Assembly (NCBI GenBank): GCA_965140445.1
Contig: OZ223236.1
Location: forward strand, 4,608,001 to 4,672,000
From: Candidatus Ozemobacteraceae bacterium
GTDB lineage: Bacteria > Muiribacteriota > Ozemobacteria > Ozemobacterales > Ozemobacteraceae
Length of the DNA stretch: 64,000 nt
Reading direction: 5' to 3'
Shown: piece after piece, positions 10,055-20,010 of the stretch
Position numbering within the stretch: position 1 is the first letter of the stretch
Layout: every line of letters begins with the position of its first letter
Made by a program: the position numbers and the translations under genes
The notes under the pieces: generated by a model
Seen by the model: only the letters and a program-made list of their open reading frames with translations
Told to the model about the DNA's origin: nothing
Databases searched by the model: none

Positions 10055-11934
10055 AAACAGGAAAAATTAGAATTCTACCAGAAGATGTAATTTGTAGAAT
10101 TGCGGCAGGCGAGGTCGTAGAAAGACCTGCGTCTGTAGTAAAAGAACTGATAGAAAACTCAATTGACGCAAAATCCAGCAAAATTGAAGTTGAAATAAAA
10201 GAAGGCGGTCAGAAACTGATCGAAATTTCGGATAATGGCGAAGGAATGAATGCCCAGGACGCCATGTTGGCATTTACTCCACATGCTACAAGCAAAATTA
10301 CCTCAGACGTTGATCTTGATAATATTTCATCACTAGGTTTCAGAGGAGAGGCTTTGCCAACAGTAGCTTCTGTTTCAAGAGTTACTTTGGTTACCAGAAA
10401 TCAGGACGAAGAAATCGGAACAAGAATTCAAATTGACGGTGGCAAAATATCGTCGTCAGACACAGTTAACCACCCCCAAGGAACCAGAATTCAAATAAAA
10501 AACCTTTTTTATAATGTTCCTGCCCGACGAAAATTTCTTAAATCGGTTCAGTCTGAAATGGCGCAAATTTCCGATATAGTTTGCCACTACATGATGGGTT
10601 ACCCCGAAATTGCTTTTAAGTTTTCAAAAAACAATATTTCTTTAGCTCACACCAACGGCTCCGGCAACCTTATAGACTCAATACTGGCCGTTTATGGCCC
10701 TGAAGTTACCAGAACTCTGATTCCGTTAAAAGAACCATCCAGCATAGCAGGAACGGGGATTTCTCTTAAAGGCTACATCTCGCCACCAAATGAAGCCCGC
10801 TCTTCATCAAGGTATATGACAACTCTTGTAAACAGGAGATATGTAAAAACCAAACTTCTGTCACAAGCTATTAGCAAAGCTATCTCAGCCTTTTTTCCAA
10901 AGGGAAGATATCCGGTGCTGGTCCTGGATCTGCGCATGCCACCAGCAATGTTAGACGTAAATGTCCATCCGCAAAAAACCGAAGTTAAGTTTAAAGATGA
11001 AAGATGGCTATTTGGGATAATATGGGAAACAATCCAGGCAAGCCTTTCAGGTCTTAGAATGGTTTCTGCCCCATCATACCCCTCAAATTCCAACAAAAGC
11101 ACTTCAAACCATGAGATAGCAGACCTACCTTCATTGAATCATGATAACGAAAGTTCTTATTACGATTCTGGAAAATCAGTGCCCAGTAACGTCACAATGT
11201 TTCCACCTCAGAACTCAATCACAAATATAGAATCATCGGACCCATCCTATAGTGGTGGAGCTAAAATCTATGATATAAAGGGGCATCAGGAAAAAGGTCA
11301 GCTCGGCAGTAATCCATCTCAACCTTCTGCGGCAAGCCTAAGCCCGGTAAGAACCTTATCCTCTCCCAACATCCTGGCACAACTAAAGAACTCCTATTTA
11401 CTAGGGGAAGATAATGACGGACTTTTCATTGTAGACCAGCATGCCGCACATGAGAGAATTCTTTTTGACCAATATACGGAAGCCTTTAAAAATACGAAAA
11501 TCGTGGCCCAACCTCTCCTTTTTCCAATCCCTTTAAAGCTTCTTCCGTCCGAGCGTCTTATTGTTAAAGACCAGCTTGATGAGTTAAAAGAACTTGGGTT
11601 TTCGATACAGGAAGAAGAAGATGGGCAATTTTATGCTACAGCAGTTCCTATTCCTGATAGTAAAACCTCAGAAGAAAACAGCATTCAGGACGTATTGTCC
11701 CAAATTTTGAATGGCTGGGAAAGTCGTTCCCTTGAAGAAATAAAAGTAGATCTGTTGAAAATGATGGCTTGTAAAGCTGCTGTGAAAGCTGGAGATCCCC
11801 TTGCAGAGTCTGAATGGAATTCACTTCTTGATCAACTTTTGAAAACAGAAAATCCGTTTACCTGTCCTCACGGAAGGCCAATTGTTGTAAGACTTACAAC
11901 TCGCCAGATAGAAAATGGATTCTTAAGAACCTAG
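10051..11934 (+). CDS. mutL: DNA mismatch repair endonuclease MutL
   Basis: IAAGEVVERPASVVKELIENS, LGFRGEAL and DVNVHP; endonuclease motifs DQHAAHER, ACK and CPHGRP. Confidence 0.97.
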   Translation: MKTGKIRILPEDVICRIAAGEVVERPASVVKELIENSIDAKSSKIEVEIKEGGQKLIEISDNGEGMNAQDAMLAFTPHATSKITSDVDLDNISSLGFRGEALPTVASVSRVTLVTRNQDEEIGTRIQIDGGKISSSDTVNHPQGTRIQIKNLFYNVPARRKFLKSVQSEMAQISDIVCHYMMGYPEIAFKFSKNNISLAHTNGSGNLIDSILAVYGPEVTRTLIPLKEPSSIAGTGISLKGYISPPNEARSSSRYMTTLVNRRYVKTKLLSQAISKAISAFFPKGRYPVLVLDLRMPPAMLDVNVHPQKTEVKFKDERWLFGIIWETIQASLSGLRMVSAPSYPSNSNKSTSNHEIADLPSLNHDNESSYYDSGKSVPSNVTMFPPQNSITNIESSDPSYSGGAKIYDIKGHQEKGQLGSNPSQPSAASLSPVRTLSSPNILAQLKNSYLLGEDNDGLFIVDQHAAHERILFDQYTEAFKNTKIVAQPLLFPIPLKLLPSERLIVKDQLDELKELGFSIQEEEDGQFYATAVPIPDSKTSEENSIQDVLSQILNGWESRSLEEIKVDLLKMMACKAAVKAGDPLAESEWNSLLDQLLKTENPFTCPHGRPIVVRLTTRQIENGFLRT

Positions 11935-11938
11935 AATA

Positions 11939-12874
11939 ATGACAGCAAAAGAATCAAAACTTCCAATTCTTGCCATCCTCGGCCCGACTGCATCCGGAAA
12001 ATCTGCTTTAGCAATGGAATTAGCAGAATTACTTGGTGGAGAAATAGTAAATTGCGATTCCAGGCAAATTTATGAGGGAATGAATATAGGAACTGCTAAA
12101 CCTTCTGCAGGTGAAATGCAAAAAGTAAAACACCATCTGTTTAACTGCATAACGCCAGATCAAGAATTTAGCGCTGGAGACTACATAAAGTCTGCTGTTC
12201 CTGAGATAAAAAAACTGTGGGATAAAAAAAAGATTCCAATTTTGACCGGGGGAACTGGATTTTACTATTCTGCCATTTCTGAAGGTTTATCTGCAATTGG
12301 CAATGATGAAAAGTTAGTCAGTGAACTAAATGATACTTTTCGAGAAAAGGGAATTTCAGAGTTAGTAAAGATATTAAATGATGTTGATCCTCTTGCTGGA
12401 CAAAGAATTGATATAAATAATCCCAGAAGAATAATTCGGGCAATTGAAATTGTAAAAATATCTGGAAGGCCTCTGGCCGATGCTGTGCCAATTCCAGTTC
12501 TCCCTATGGCCAATTTTTTTCCTATTGTTGTTTCAAGACCTCGCGAAGAACTGCATAAACGTATCTTAGTTAGAATAGCTAAAATGATTGAGAGTGGACT
12601 TGAAAAGGAAGTTAAAGATTTAATAAAACTTTATGGAACAGATGCTCCCGGCCTAAAATCAATAGGTTATTCTGAGTGGATTCCTTTTTTCGAAAATAAA
12701 ATCGGAATAAATAAAGTTGCTGAAGAAATCCTTTTTCATACAAGGCAATATGCAAAAAGACAGTTAACTTGGTTCAGAAAACGGCCTGGAGTGCCAATTG
12801 AAGATCTGTCGATACCGAACAAAACTCAGGAGATTGTAAAAAAAACAGTTTCCCTTTTTAATGGTTTTTTCTAG
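11939..12874 (+). CDS. miaA: tRNA dimethylallyltransferase
   Basis: GPTASGKS, DSRQIY, IGTAKP, GGTGFY and TRQYAKRQLTWF motifs. Confidence 0.97.
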   Translation: MTAKESKLPILAILGPTASGKSALAMELAELLGGEIVNCDSRQIYEGMNIGTAKPSAGEMQKVKHHLFNCITPDQEFSAGDYIKSAVPEIKKLWDKKKIPILTGGTGFYYSAISEGLSAIGNDEKLVSELNDTFREKGISELVKILNDVDPLAGQRIDINNPRRIIRAIEIVKISGRPLADAVPIPVLPMANFFPIVVSRPREELHKRILVRIAKMIESGLEKEVKDLIKLYGTDAPGLKSIGYSEWIPFFENKIGINKVAEEILFHTRQYAKRQLTWFRKRPGVPIEDLSIPNKTQEIVKKTVSLFNGFF

Positions 12875-12891
12875 AATAAAAATTATTCCCT

Positions 12892-12919
12892 TAAATCTGA
12901 ATAAGATTTGTGCCGATTA
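12892..12919 (+). promoter_or_regulatory. Putative sigma28/FliA-type promoter
   Basis: TAAA-N16-GCCGATTA, upstream of the 13017 CDS. Confidence 0.45.
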
Positions 12920-13016
12920 AGTATAAGAATTTAGCATATTTGTTATTTTCTACTGAGCAAAAGATTGCCCAAATCCTTGTTCAGGTTAACCCCCATGACC
13001 ATTTCGGAGGTATAAA

Positions 13017-14972
13017 TTGAGGGAGGCTACCGATCTAAGTATCAGCGCCGGAGTCAGACGAGACTTGTCTGGAAGACGCGTTGACTTAAGCAAACTAAAA
13101 TTCCCTGTTAAATCGGGGCATGTCACCCTGCAAGGTGAACTTGCTTTTGTAGGAATGGACAAGAACCCCGAAGAAACAGCAATAGAGTTAAAATTTATTG
13201 AATCCAGTTTAAAAGGAATCGCCGGTGTAAAGCAGGTTTCTTTTGAATTAGAGAACTGGAAGAAAAGCGAAGCAGGCGTTTGGGAATCCCCAAGTGCATC
13301 TGGCGCAAAATCTTCCGGGCCAGTAATTGCAGGCGACGGGATTTCCTGCCCTGATTGCGACTATGTAATCAGATTTTGCCCCTGCTGTGGCAAGCCGCTT
13401 TCTGGCGAAGGTGCGCATTATAAAGCAAAAGGCTCAAGACCTATACCTCCAATAAAGCCTATTGCAAGAAAAAAACGCCCAATGCCTCCGATCAAAATTA
13501 AACCTGTCACTCCAATTCCTGAACCAACTGAAGGCGAGCCTAAAAACGCAGCCCCATTTACTTCGCCCAAGCCTTTAAAACCAGTCATTTCACGACCTGT
13601 TCCGGAAAAACCAGAACCTGTTGATTCAGAAATAAAACCAGTGAAATTTCCAAGCCCAGCTTTTGAAAAACCAGAAGTTGAGAACAAAATAACTCCAATG
13701 CCACCTGTCGCTGATTTAAAACCAGCAGCGCCTGTGGCTCCGGTTGCTCCGGTTGCTCCGGCAATGCCTGTAGCTCCTGTAGCTCCTGAAGCGCCTGCCG
13801 CGCCGATAGATAGCAAGCCGCCGGAAATGAGCTTTGATGATTTACCGGAAATGGCGGCGCCTGTGGCTCCGGCTGCTCCGGCAATGCCTGTAGCACCTGA
13901 AGCACCTGCCGCGCCGATAGATAGCAAGCCGCCAGAAATGAGCTTTGATGATTTACCGGAAATGGCGGCGCCTGTGGCTCCGGTTGCTCCGGCAATGCCT
14001 GTAGCACCTGAAGCGCCTGTCGCGCCGATAGACAGCAAGCCGCCAGAAATGAGCTTTGATGATTTACCGGAAATGGCGGCGCCTGTGGCTCCGGCTGCTC
14101 CGGCAATGCCTGTAGCACCTGAAGCGCCTGCGGCGCCGATAGATAGCAAGCCGCCGGAAATGAGCTTTGATGATTTACCGGAAATGGCGGCGCCTGTGGC
14201 TCCGGTTGCTCCGGCAATGCCTGTAGCACCTGAAGCGCCTGCAGCGCCGATAGACAGCAAGCCGCCGGAAATGAGCTTTGATGATTTACCGGAAATGGCG
14301 GCGCCTGTGGCTCCGGCTGCTCCGGCAATGCCTGCAGCACCTGAAGCGCCTGCGGCACCGATAAATCAGGCACCAGCCATAGATTTTGGGGAAGTAAGCG
14401 GTCTTTCTTCTTCGGAAAACTTTAATCAACCACAAAGTCCGTTTGACTTTGGAGGATTAACAGATGATGACGACACACCTCTTCCGCCCATGAAAGCTCC
14501 AGCTCCTGGAGCAACATCTGCTACTCCACCATCAAATCAGGCTCCAGCTTCTGATCCTTTTAATCTTGGTTCATGGGAAGAAGACGATGATGACACGCCA
14601 CTTCCTCCAATGAAACCAGCAGCGCCTCCCCCACTAAAACAAACTCAGTCTAACGACCCATTTGCCTCATTGTTCTCTGACAATGACGATTCCTCTACCC
14701 CATCTTTTAACCAGCCGCAGAGTGCTGATCCATTCAGTAATTTGAACCTTGACCTCGACGTATTAGAAGTATTCCCGGGTGGAGACAATCAGAATTCGTC
14801 TTCAGAACCATTCCAGCAAAAACCACAATCACCAACAGATTCAAGTATTCCTGGAAGCGATAATGGCTTTTTTGATCTGGATGCTCCTTTACCAGATGAT
14901 AAATCTAAAGACAAAAAGGATAAGGATCCTTTTTCGCTTGACGATTTTGACATAAGTAAATTTAAAATCTGA
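13017..14972 (+). CDS. Hypothetical protein: BON-like N-terminus, double Cys-pair zinc ribbon, long Pro/acidic disordered tail with tandem repeats
   Basis: GGAGG SD then TTG start; VKSGHVTLQG...IAGVKQV (BON-like); CPDC...CPCC; 37-aa repeats. Confidence 0.75.
   Translation: MREATDLSISAGVRRDLSGRRVDLSKLKFPVKSGHVTLQGELAFVGMDKNPEETAIELKFIESSLKGIAGVKQVSFELENWKKSEAGVWESPSASGAKSSGPVIAGDGISCPDCDYVIRFCPCCGKPLSGEGAHYKAKGSRPIPPIKPIARKKRPMPPIKIKPVTPIPEPTEGEPKNAAPFTSPKPLKPVISRPVPEKPEPVDSEIKPVKFPSPAFEKPEVENKITPMPPVADLKPAAPVAPVAPVAPAMPVAPVAPEAPAAPIDSKPPEMSFDDLPEMAAPVAPAAPAMPVAPEAPAAPIDSKPPEMSFDDLPEMAAPVAPVAPAMPVAPEAPVAPIDSKPPEMSFDDLPEMAAPVAPAAPAMPVAPEAPAAPIDSKPPEMSFDDLPEMAAPVAPVAPAMPVAPEAPAAPIDSKPPEMSFDDLPEMAAPVAPAAPAMPAAPEAPAAPINQAPAIDFGEVSGLSSSENFNQPQSPFDFGGLTDDDDTPLPPMKAPAPGATSATPPSNQAPASDPFNLGSWEEDDDDTPLPPMKPAAPPPLKQTQSNDPFASLFSDNDDSSTPSFNQPQSADPFSNLNLDLDVLEVFPGGDNQNSSSEPFQQKPQSPTDSSIPGSDNGFFDLDAPLPDDKSKDKKDKDPFSLDDFDISKFKI
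13728..14362 (+). repeat. 111-bp (37-aa) coding tandem repeat, five full copies plus a partial
   Basis: Unit APVAP(A/V)APAMPVAPEAPAAPIDSKPPEMSFDDLPEMA; TAGCAAGCCG recurs at 13811 and 13922, a spacing of 111. Confidence 0.95.
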
Positions 14973-14982
14973 GGTGTTGTAG

Positions 14983-15438
14983 ATGAAATTTTTTCATCCT
15001 GTTTTCATGCTGGTCATAATTGGCTACTTCTTCATGCTCCGAAAAAAAGCAGTTGAGGCTCTGGAAATTAATCCAAAATCCCCTGAAGCAGGGAAAATAA
15101 AAGAATTGGCTGCAGAACATAAAAAAATGGGACAAATTCTTACAGGTTTTATTTTAATGGGATTGATCGGTGGAATAGCTTCAGTTAAGATGTTTTTTCC
15201 AGGAGTTGAACCATTTATAAGAACCTACGGACATGGCTTTATTGGATTAATTATTCTTTCCTTTACCATAACTAATCTTTTTATAGGCAAAGCTTTATCA
15301 AAGGCCATTAAAGAAAAAAACAAAAAAGGACTTTTTAATTTCCATACCGGCATATTCTATCTTGTAATGATTTTGTCCGCTTTTTCTGCTCTCACAGGCA
15401 CTTACATACTAATGTACGGTCCTTCTTCAGGAAGTTAA
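14983..15438 (+). CDS. Small 4-TM membrane protein (DUF4079/cytochrome-b561-like His pattern)
   Basis: Four hydrophobic helices with His residues (HP, HKK, HGF, FHT); GAGGT SD. Confidence 0.6.
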   Translation: MKFFHPVFMLVIIGYFFMLRKKAVEALEINPKSPEAGKIKELAAEHKKMGQILTGFILMGLIGGIASVKMFFPGVEPFIRTYGHGFIGLIILSFTITNLFIGKALSKAIKEKNKKGLFNFHTGIFYLVMILSAFSALTGTYILMYGPSSGS

Positions 15439-15462
15439 ACTTAAAAACATTTAAAATTAGAC

Positions 15463-15496
15463 CATGCCTTTCTTTGCTAGTTAAAGAAAGGCATGT
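15463..15496 (+). terminator. Intrinsic terminator hairpin
   Basis: CATGCCTTTCTTT-loop-AAAGAAAGGCATG followed by a T-rich run. Confidence 0.75.
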
Positions 15497-15531
15497 TATT
15501 TTTTAGCTGAATAAATATGCGGAGGACTCAA

Positions 15532-17211
15532 ATGAGAAAGAAAAGTGTTTTATTTTTTGTAATAGTATCCTTAACAGCAATCATGTTCTCGCCCAGTTCT
15601 ATCGCAGCCGCCAAAAAAAAATCTGAAAAAAAGCCTAACTTCGCAACGCTCGAAATAAATGATGACTTTTATGACAAAGCCTGGAGAAATTTTCAGATAG
15701 GAAACGCTGATGATAGACAGAAAGTTATTTCTGCATTAAAAAAAATTATAAAAAAGGCTCCTGAAGAATTCATGGCCTACTATTACCTTGGAATCATGAG
15801 CAAAGAAGAAGGCAATGATTCTGCTGCTCTTAAATACCTGGAAACAGCCAAATTAGGATTTCCAAAATCTGCCGATGTAAACCGGAGAATAGCGGAAATT
15901 TTGTATTCAAAGGGCAAAGAAGAAGAAGCACTGGAATACTATAATCAAGCATTAGAACTAGACCCAATGGAACCAGACTCCTTGTGCCGAGTGGGAATAT
16001 TCGAACTGGAAAATGGAAACTATGACAAAGCACTAATTTTATTATCCCGTTCGAAGGAAAAGAAACCTGGAAACCCGGAAAATCTTATGGCATTAGCTTC
16101 TGTACAAATTGAAAAAAACCTTCTTAAAGATGCAATAGAAAATCTGGAACTCGTTCTAAGATTTGATGAAAAAGACGCAGAAGCCCATCTGTTAATGGCA
16201 AAGGCTTATGAAAAAAAGAATCAGCCAGATAAGGCTGCAGCTGAATTAAAGCTTGCAAAAAAATATGGCAAAAAAAACGAAGAACTCAAAGAGATAATTG
16301 GTTACGATTTTGCCAAGAATCTCTTTGATGCAGGAAAAGTGAAAGAAGCTATCTCTGAATACAAAAAACAAATTAAGAAGTCGGATGACCCTGGATTTGG
16401 CTACTACAAACTTGCTGACGCCTATGAGTATTCAGGAGATGAAAAAGAGGCTATAAAAAACTTCATCAAAGCCTATGAATACGATTCTTCATATGGTGAT
16501 GGCATTATGAAAGCTGCACAGATTTATGAAAAACAAGAAAATTGGGATAAAGCATATGAAATGTATTCGATGCTTAGCCGCGACAAAAAATTCAAAGATG
16601 AAGCAAAACTAAGAAAAAAAGATCTTGAACAAATGGCAGAAAATTCCCAGAAGCTTGAACTGGAAAAGCAGCTTAACTATTCTGATACAACAGATCATAA
16701 GCGCGTGGAAATTCTGGAAGAAATGTATTACCAGGACAAAAAAAATCCTGAAACTTTAAGAGCCTTATATGAGCATTATGAAAAAAATGGATACTACGAC
16801 GAGGCAATTAAATACTATAGAAAATATGCAAAAGTATCTTCAATTACCGGGTATGAATTAAAACAGACAGTTAAAGAAATGAGAGAGAAAATGAAGGCAG
16901 ACAACCTTGTTTTATATAATGACAAAAAGGCCTTGGATTATAAGTATTCTTCAGCTCGACCGGAAGACCTTGATAATATTGCATTTAACGGAGAAACTGA
17001 CAGACTAAAAGAAGAAGCTTTGCTTATTCTTCTTGCAAGAAAAGAAACAAAAAAAGAAAGAAAATATATGGAAGGACTATTGGAATTTTATGAGAGCAAA
17101 GGAAACTTAAAAGGAGCATTAAAGGCTGTCAGTATATTAAAGAGAAATGGTTTTTACACTTCTGGCGAAGCAAAAAGTAAGAGAGATGAACTAAAAAGTA
17201 GATTTAAATAA
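15532..17211 (+). CDS. Exported tetratricopeptide-repeat protein
   Basis: Signal peptide and multiple TPR units (AYYYLG, ALEYYNQALELDP, AEAHLLMA); GGAGG SD before the ATG at 15532. Confidence 0.85.
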   Translation: MRKKSVLFFVIVSLTAIMFSPSSIAAAKKKSEKKPNFATLEINDDFYDKAWRNFQIGNADDRQKVISALKKIIKKAPEEFMAYYYLGIMSKEEGNDSAALKYLETAKLGFPKSADVNRRIAEILYSKGKEEEALEYYNQALELDPMEPDSLCRVGIFELENGNYDKALILLSRSKEKKPGNPENLMALASVQIEKNLLKDAIENLELVLRFDEKDAEAHLLMAKAYEKKNQPDKAAAELKLAKKYGKKNEELKEIIGYDFAKNLFDAGKVKEAISEYKKQIKKSDDPGFGYYKLADAYEYSGDEKEAIKNFIKAYEYDSSYGDGIMKAAQIYEKQENWDKAYEMYSMLSRDKKFKDEAKLRKKDLEQMAENSQKLELEKQLNYSDTTDHKRVEILEEMYYQDKKNPETLRALYEHYEKNGYYDEAIKYYRKYAKVSSITGYELKQTVKEMREKMKADNLVLYNDKKALDYKYSSARPEDLDNIAFNGETDRLKEEALLILLARKETKKERKYMEGLLEFYESKGNLKGALKAVSILKRNGFYTSGEAKSKRDELKSRFK

Positions 17212-17328
17212 AAAACTACTTGATTTTTTTTGCAAAGTTTATCAAATTTCTTTATCATGCTTCCGATAAGGAATCTGATTGAGACTAATTTTAGGATCTT
17301 GGTCACTAATTGGACTAAGGAGTAGGCT

Positions 17329-18177
17329 ATGAGACGCGGTTTTTCACTAATTGAATTGCTGGTAGTTGTGGCGATCATTGCGATACTGGTTGGTGTTGCA
17401 ACTCCATACTACGCAGACTATGTTAAAGACTCCAAAAGGACAAAAGCACTTCAGGATCTGGATGTGTTAAAGCAAGCTGTTGTTCTTTATAACTCGCAAG
17501 AAGATCTCCCTTACCAGGGAACTATTGCTACAACTTCACCATACTTACCAGTATTGGGAGAAGGTGATTATAATGGACTTCAGGGAAGATACCTTACCTA
17601 TATTCCAGTTGATCCATGGGGAAAGAACTACAAACTTGACCCTTATGGAGCGTTCGTATATAGCGAAGGACCGGACTCCAGAACTGTTAACGATGACATC
17701 CGAGACTATTATATAAAAGATCTTGCGATGGTTAAGGTTGAATGGGAAGACGGAAACAATAACAGGGTAATGGATACTAATGACCAACTCTATTTCCACT
17801 TCAACAAATCTGTTTGGGTTCAGGGCGGAATAAACTCTTCAGATTTTGATGTTTATGAAAATAACGAAGCCACCAATACTGTTTCCTTTGTTATTCAGAC
17901 AAACACCACCATAGACAATCCTGGATACACTGTAAACCAGGCTACAGAATCGGTTATTATCTGTCGCGTGGCTGCAGGAAACACTGTTAAGTTAGGTGTA
18001 CATTCTATCGCCTTTAAGGATGACCTTAATATTCTAAAAAAATACAGAGAGGTTATTGCTGATAGAGCACTTTCAACTCCTAGCAATCTGGTTACTTCAA
18101 CGGAACTTAATGCTGCAACTGGTGAGCCACTCAGGTATGCAGTAAGGACTAATCCAATAAAGATTGAGCCCAAATAG
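17329..18177 (+). CDS. Prepilin / GspG-like pseudopilin with C-terminal extension
   Basis: Class III signal RRG/FSLIELLVVVAIIAIL; GspG-like IPVDPWGKNY; AAGGAG SD. Confidence 0.85.
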   Translation: MRRGFSLIELLVVVAIIAILVGVATPYYADYVKDSKRTKALQDLDVLKQAVVLYNSQEDLPYQGTIATTSPYLPVLGEGDYNGLQGRYLTYIPVDPWGKNYKLDPYGAFVYSEGPDSRTVNDDIRDYYIKDLAMVKVEWEDGNNNRVMDTNDQLYFHFNKSVWVQGGINSSDFDVYENNEATNTVSFVIQTNTTIDNPGYTVNQATESVIICRVAAGNTVKLGVHSIAFKDDLNILKKYREVIADRALSTPSNLVTSTELNAATGEPLRYAVRTNPIKIEPK

Positions 18178-18200
18178 TTTAAAACCGCTTACTTTTAAAT

Positions 18201-18248
18201 AAAAAACCCGGCGATTGTTGCTAACAATCGCCGGGTTTTTTATTATTT
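18201..18248. terminator. Bidirectional intrinsic terminator
   Basis: AAAAAACCCGGCGATTGTT-GCT-AACAATCGCCGGGTTTTTT between convergent genes. Confidence 0.9.
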
Positions 18249-19528
18249 TAAAGATTCTTTAAAGCTATCTCAGCAGATTCAAGAGTCCTGGCAATATCTT
18301 CGTCAGTATGAGCCATAGAAACAAAAGCAGCCTCAAATTGTGACGGAGCCAAATAAACTCCCAGCCTTAACATTTCATTAAACCATTTGGAAAAAATATT
18401 TGTATCACATTTTGAAGCAGATTTAAAATCTATAACTTTTTGATCAGTAAAAAACAAAGTCATCATAGAACCAAATTTATTTGCTGTGTATGGTAGCCCT
18501 AGAGCACCCACTATTGAATTCAAACCTGAATAGAGATCGTTAGACCTCTGAATTAGTAAATCGTATAAATCAGGCCTATTAGAAAGCTTTTTCAAGGTCG
18601 CGGTACCTGCGGCAACTGCAATTGGATTTCCAGAAAGGGTACCGGCCTGATAAACTCCGCCTTCTGGAGCAATACATGCCATGATTTCTTTTTTGCCGCC
18701 ATAAACTGCCAACGGCATTCCCCCACCCACAATCTTTCCTAGACAAGTAAGATCGGGCTTAACGTTTTCAACCTTCTCAACTCCAAAGTAGCCCGCTCTG
18801 AACCCTGTCATTACCTCATCAAAAATAAGTAAAACCCCATTTTTGCTGCAAATTTCCCGAATTTTTTTTAAGTAGCCAGAAGCAGGATTCACAACTCCCA
18901 TATTTCCACAAACAGGCTCAACAATAATTCCAGCAACTTTTTCAGGAAAATTAGCCAAAATCCTTTCGATTGCAGGAATATCATTAAAAGGTACAACCGC
19001 TGTATTTTTTGCCACCTCATCTGGTATGCCAGGACAACCTGGTATTCCAAGAGTAGCTACGCCAGAGCCAGCAGAAACAAGTAAAGTGTCACTATGCCCG
19101 TGATATGCCCCATCACATTTAATAATAATCGATCGGCCTGTGAAACCGCGAGCAAGTCTAATTGCGGACATTGTAGCTTCTGTCCCTGAGCTGACAAAGC
19201 GCATTTTTTCCATTCCAGGAAAACCCTGCTGTATTAATTGAGCTAACTCAGATTCATATTCGGTTGGAGCACCAAAACTTAAACCGTTTTTGCAAGCTTT
19301 GACTACCGCTTCAATAACTTCAGGGTCTGAATGTCCTAAAATCATTGGTCCCCATGAACCCACATAATCAATAAACTCACGCCCCTCAATATCTGAAACC
19401 TTTGAACCTAAAGCCTTTCTGATAAATGGGGGATTCCCACCCACGGACCTAAAAGCCCTGACCGGGCTGTTTACTCCACCTGGGAAATAGTTACTGGCGG
19501 TCTGTAAAGCTGCTAGATTTGAGTTCAA
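18248..19528 (-). CDS. hemL: Glutamate-1-semialdehyde 2,1-aminomutase
   Basis: PGGVNSPVRAF, SSGTEATMSAIRLARG, FDEVMTGFR, GKIVGGGMP and YQAGTLSGNP motifs. Confidence 0.97.
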   Translation of the reverse strand: MNSNLAALQTASNYFPGGVNSPVRAFRSVGGNPPFIRKALGSKVSDIEGREFIDYVGSWGPMILGHSDPEVIEAVVKACKNGLSFGAPTEYESELAQLIQQGFPGMEKMRFVSSGTEATMSAIRLARGFTGRSIIIKCDGAYHGHSDTLLVSAGSGVATLGIPGCPGIPDEVAKNTAVVPFNDIPAIERILANFPEKVAGIIVEPVCGNMGVVNPASGYLKKIREICSKNGVLLIFDEVMTGFRAGYFGVEKVENVKPDLTCLGKIVGGGMPLAVYGGKKEIMACIAPEGGVYQAGTLSGNPIAVAAGTATLKKLSNRPDLYDLLIQRSNDLYSGLNSIVGALGLPYTANKFGSMMTLFFTDQKVIDFKSASKCDTNIFSKWFNEMLRLGVYLAPSQFEAAFVSMAHTDEDIARTLESAEIALKNL

Positions 19529-20001
19529 TCTTCTTCCCCTTCGAAATAACGCATGGAAGTTTTTTTGAGTTCTTTTTCAGTCTTGTAAATTTTATAATTT
19601 TCAAGCTCGTATTTGGTCTTTAAATCATCAATAATGCCATTTAACTCTTCTGATGATTTAGCATGAATCATGGTAAATAGGTTAAGATTCCAGCCTTCGG
19701 GGCATTCTCTCTCATAACAATGAGAAATCTCTCTAAGCTCAGCCATTCCTTCCCCAACCTGCTCAATCCTATCTTCAGGAACCTGCCATGCCACAAGAGC
19801 ATTGGAAAAATGGCCTACTTTTTCTGGCCTTACAGCAACACCAATTCTTCTAATTAAGCCGCTTTCAAGTGAAAGCTTTAGCTGTTCAAGAACTTCTTCT
19901 TCGGTCCAATTAAGCTGATTCGCAATCCTTTTGAAAGGACGGCTTTCCAGCTTAAAGCCATTTTGTAACTCTTTTAGCAATTCTCGAAGTTTTGTTTCCA
20001 T
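19525..20001 (-). CDS. ahbB: Siroheme decarboxylase beta subunit (Lrp/AsnC-like)
   Basis: RPF..IA, IRRIG, ISHCYER...NLFTMIH and ELKKTSM motifs; heme gene context. Confidence 0.85.
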   Translation of the reverse strand: METKLRELLKELQNGFKLESRPFKRIANQLNWTEEEVLEQLKLSLESGLIRRIGVAVRPEKVGHFSNALVAWQVPEDRIEQVGEGMAELREISHCYERECPEGWNLNLFTMIHAKSSEELNGIIDDLKTKYELENYKIYKTEKELKKTSMRYFEGEED

Positions 20002-20010
20002 TTCTTCCTC

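Noticed and set aside
13728..14362. 111-bp repeats as CRISPR or a mobile element
   Set aside because: In-frame coding tandem repeat with mostly synonymous variation and no spacers.
13418..14373. Antisense ORFs with collagen-like GAT/GAA repeats
   Set aside because: Reverse-strand shadow of the Pro/Ala repeat gene.
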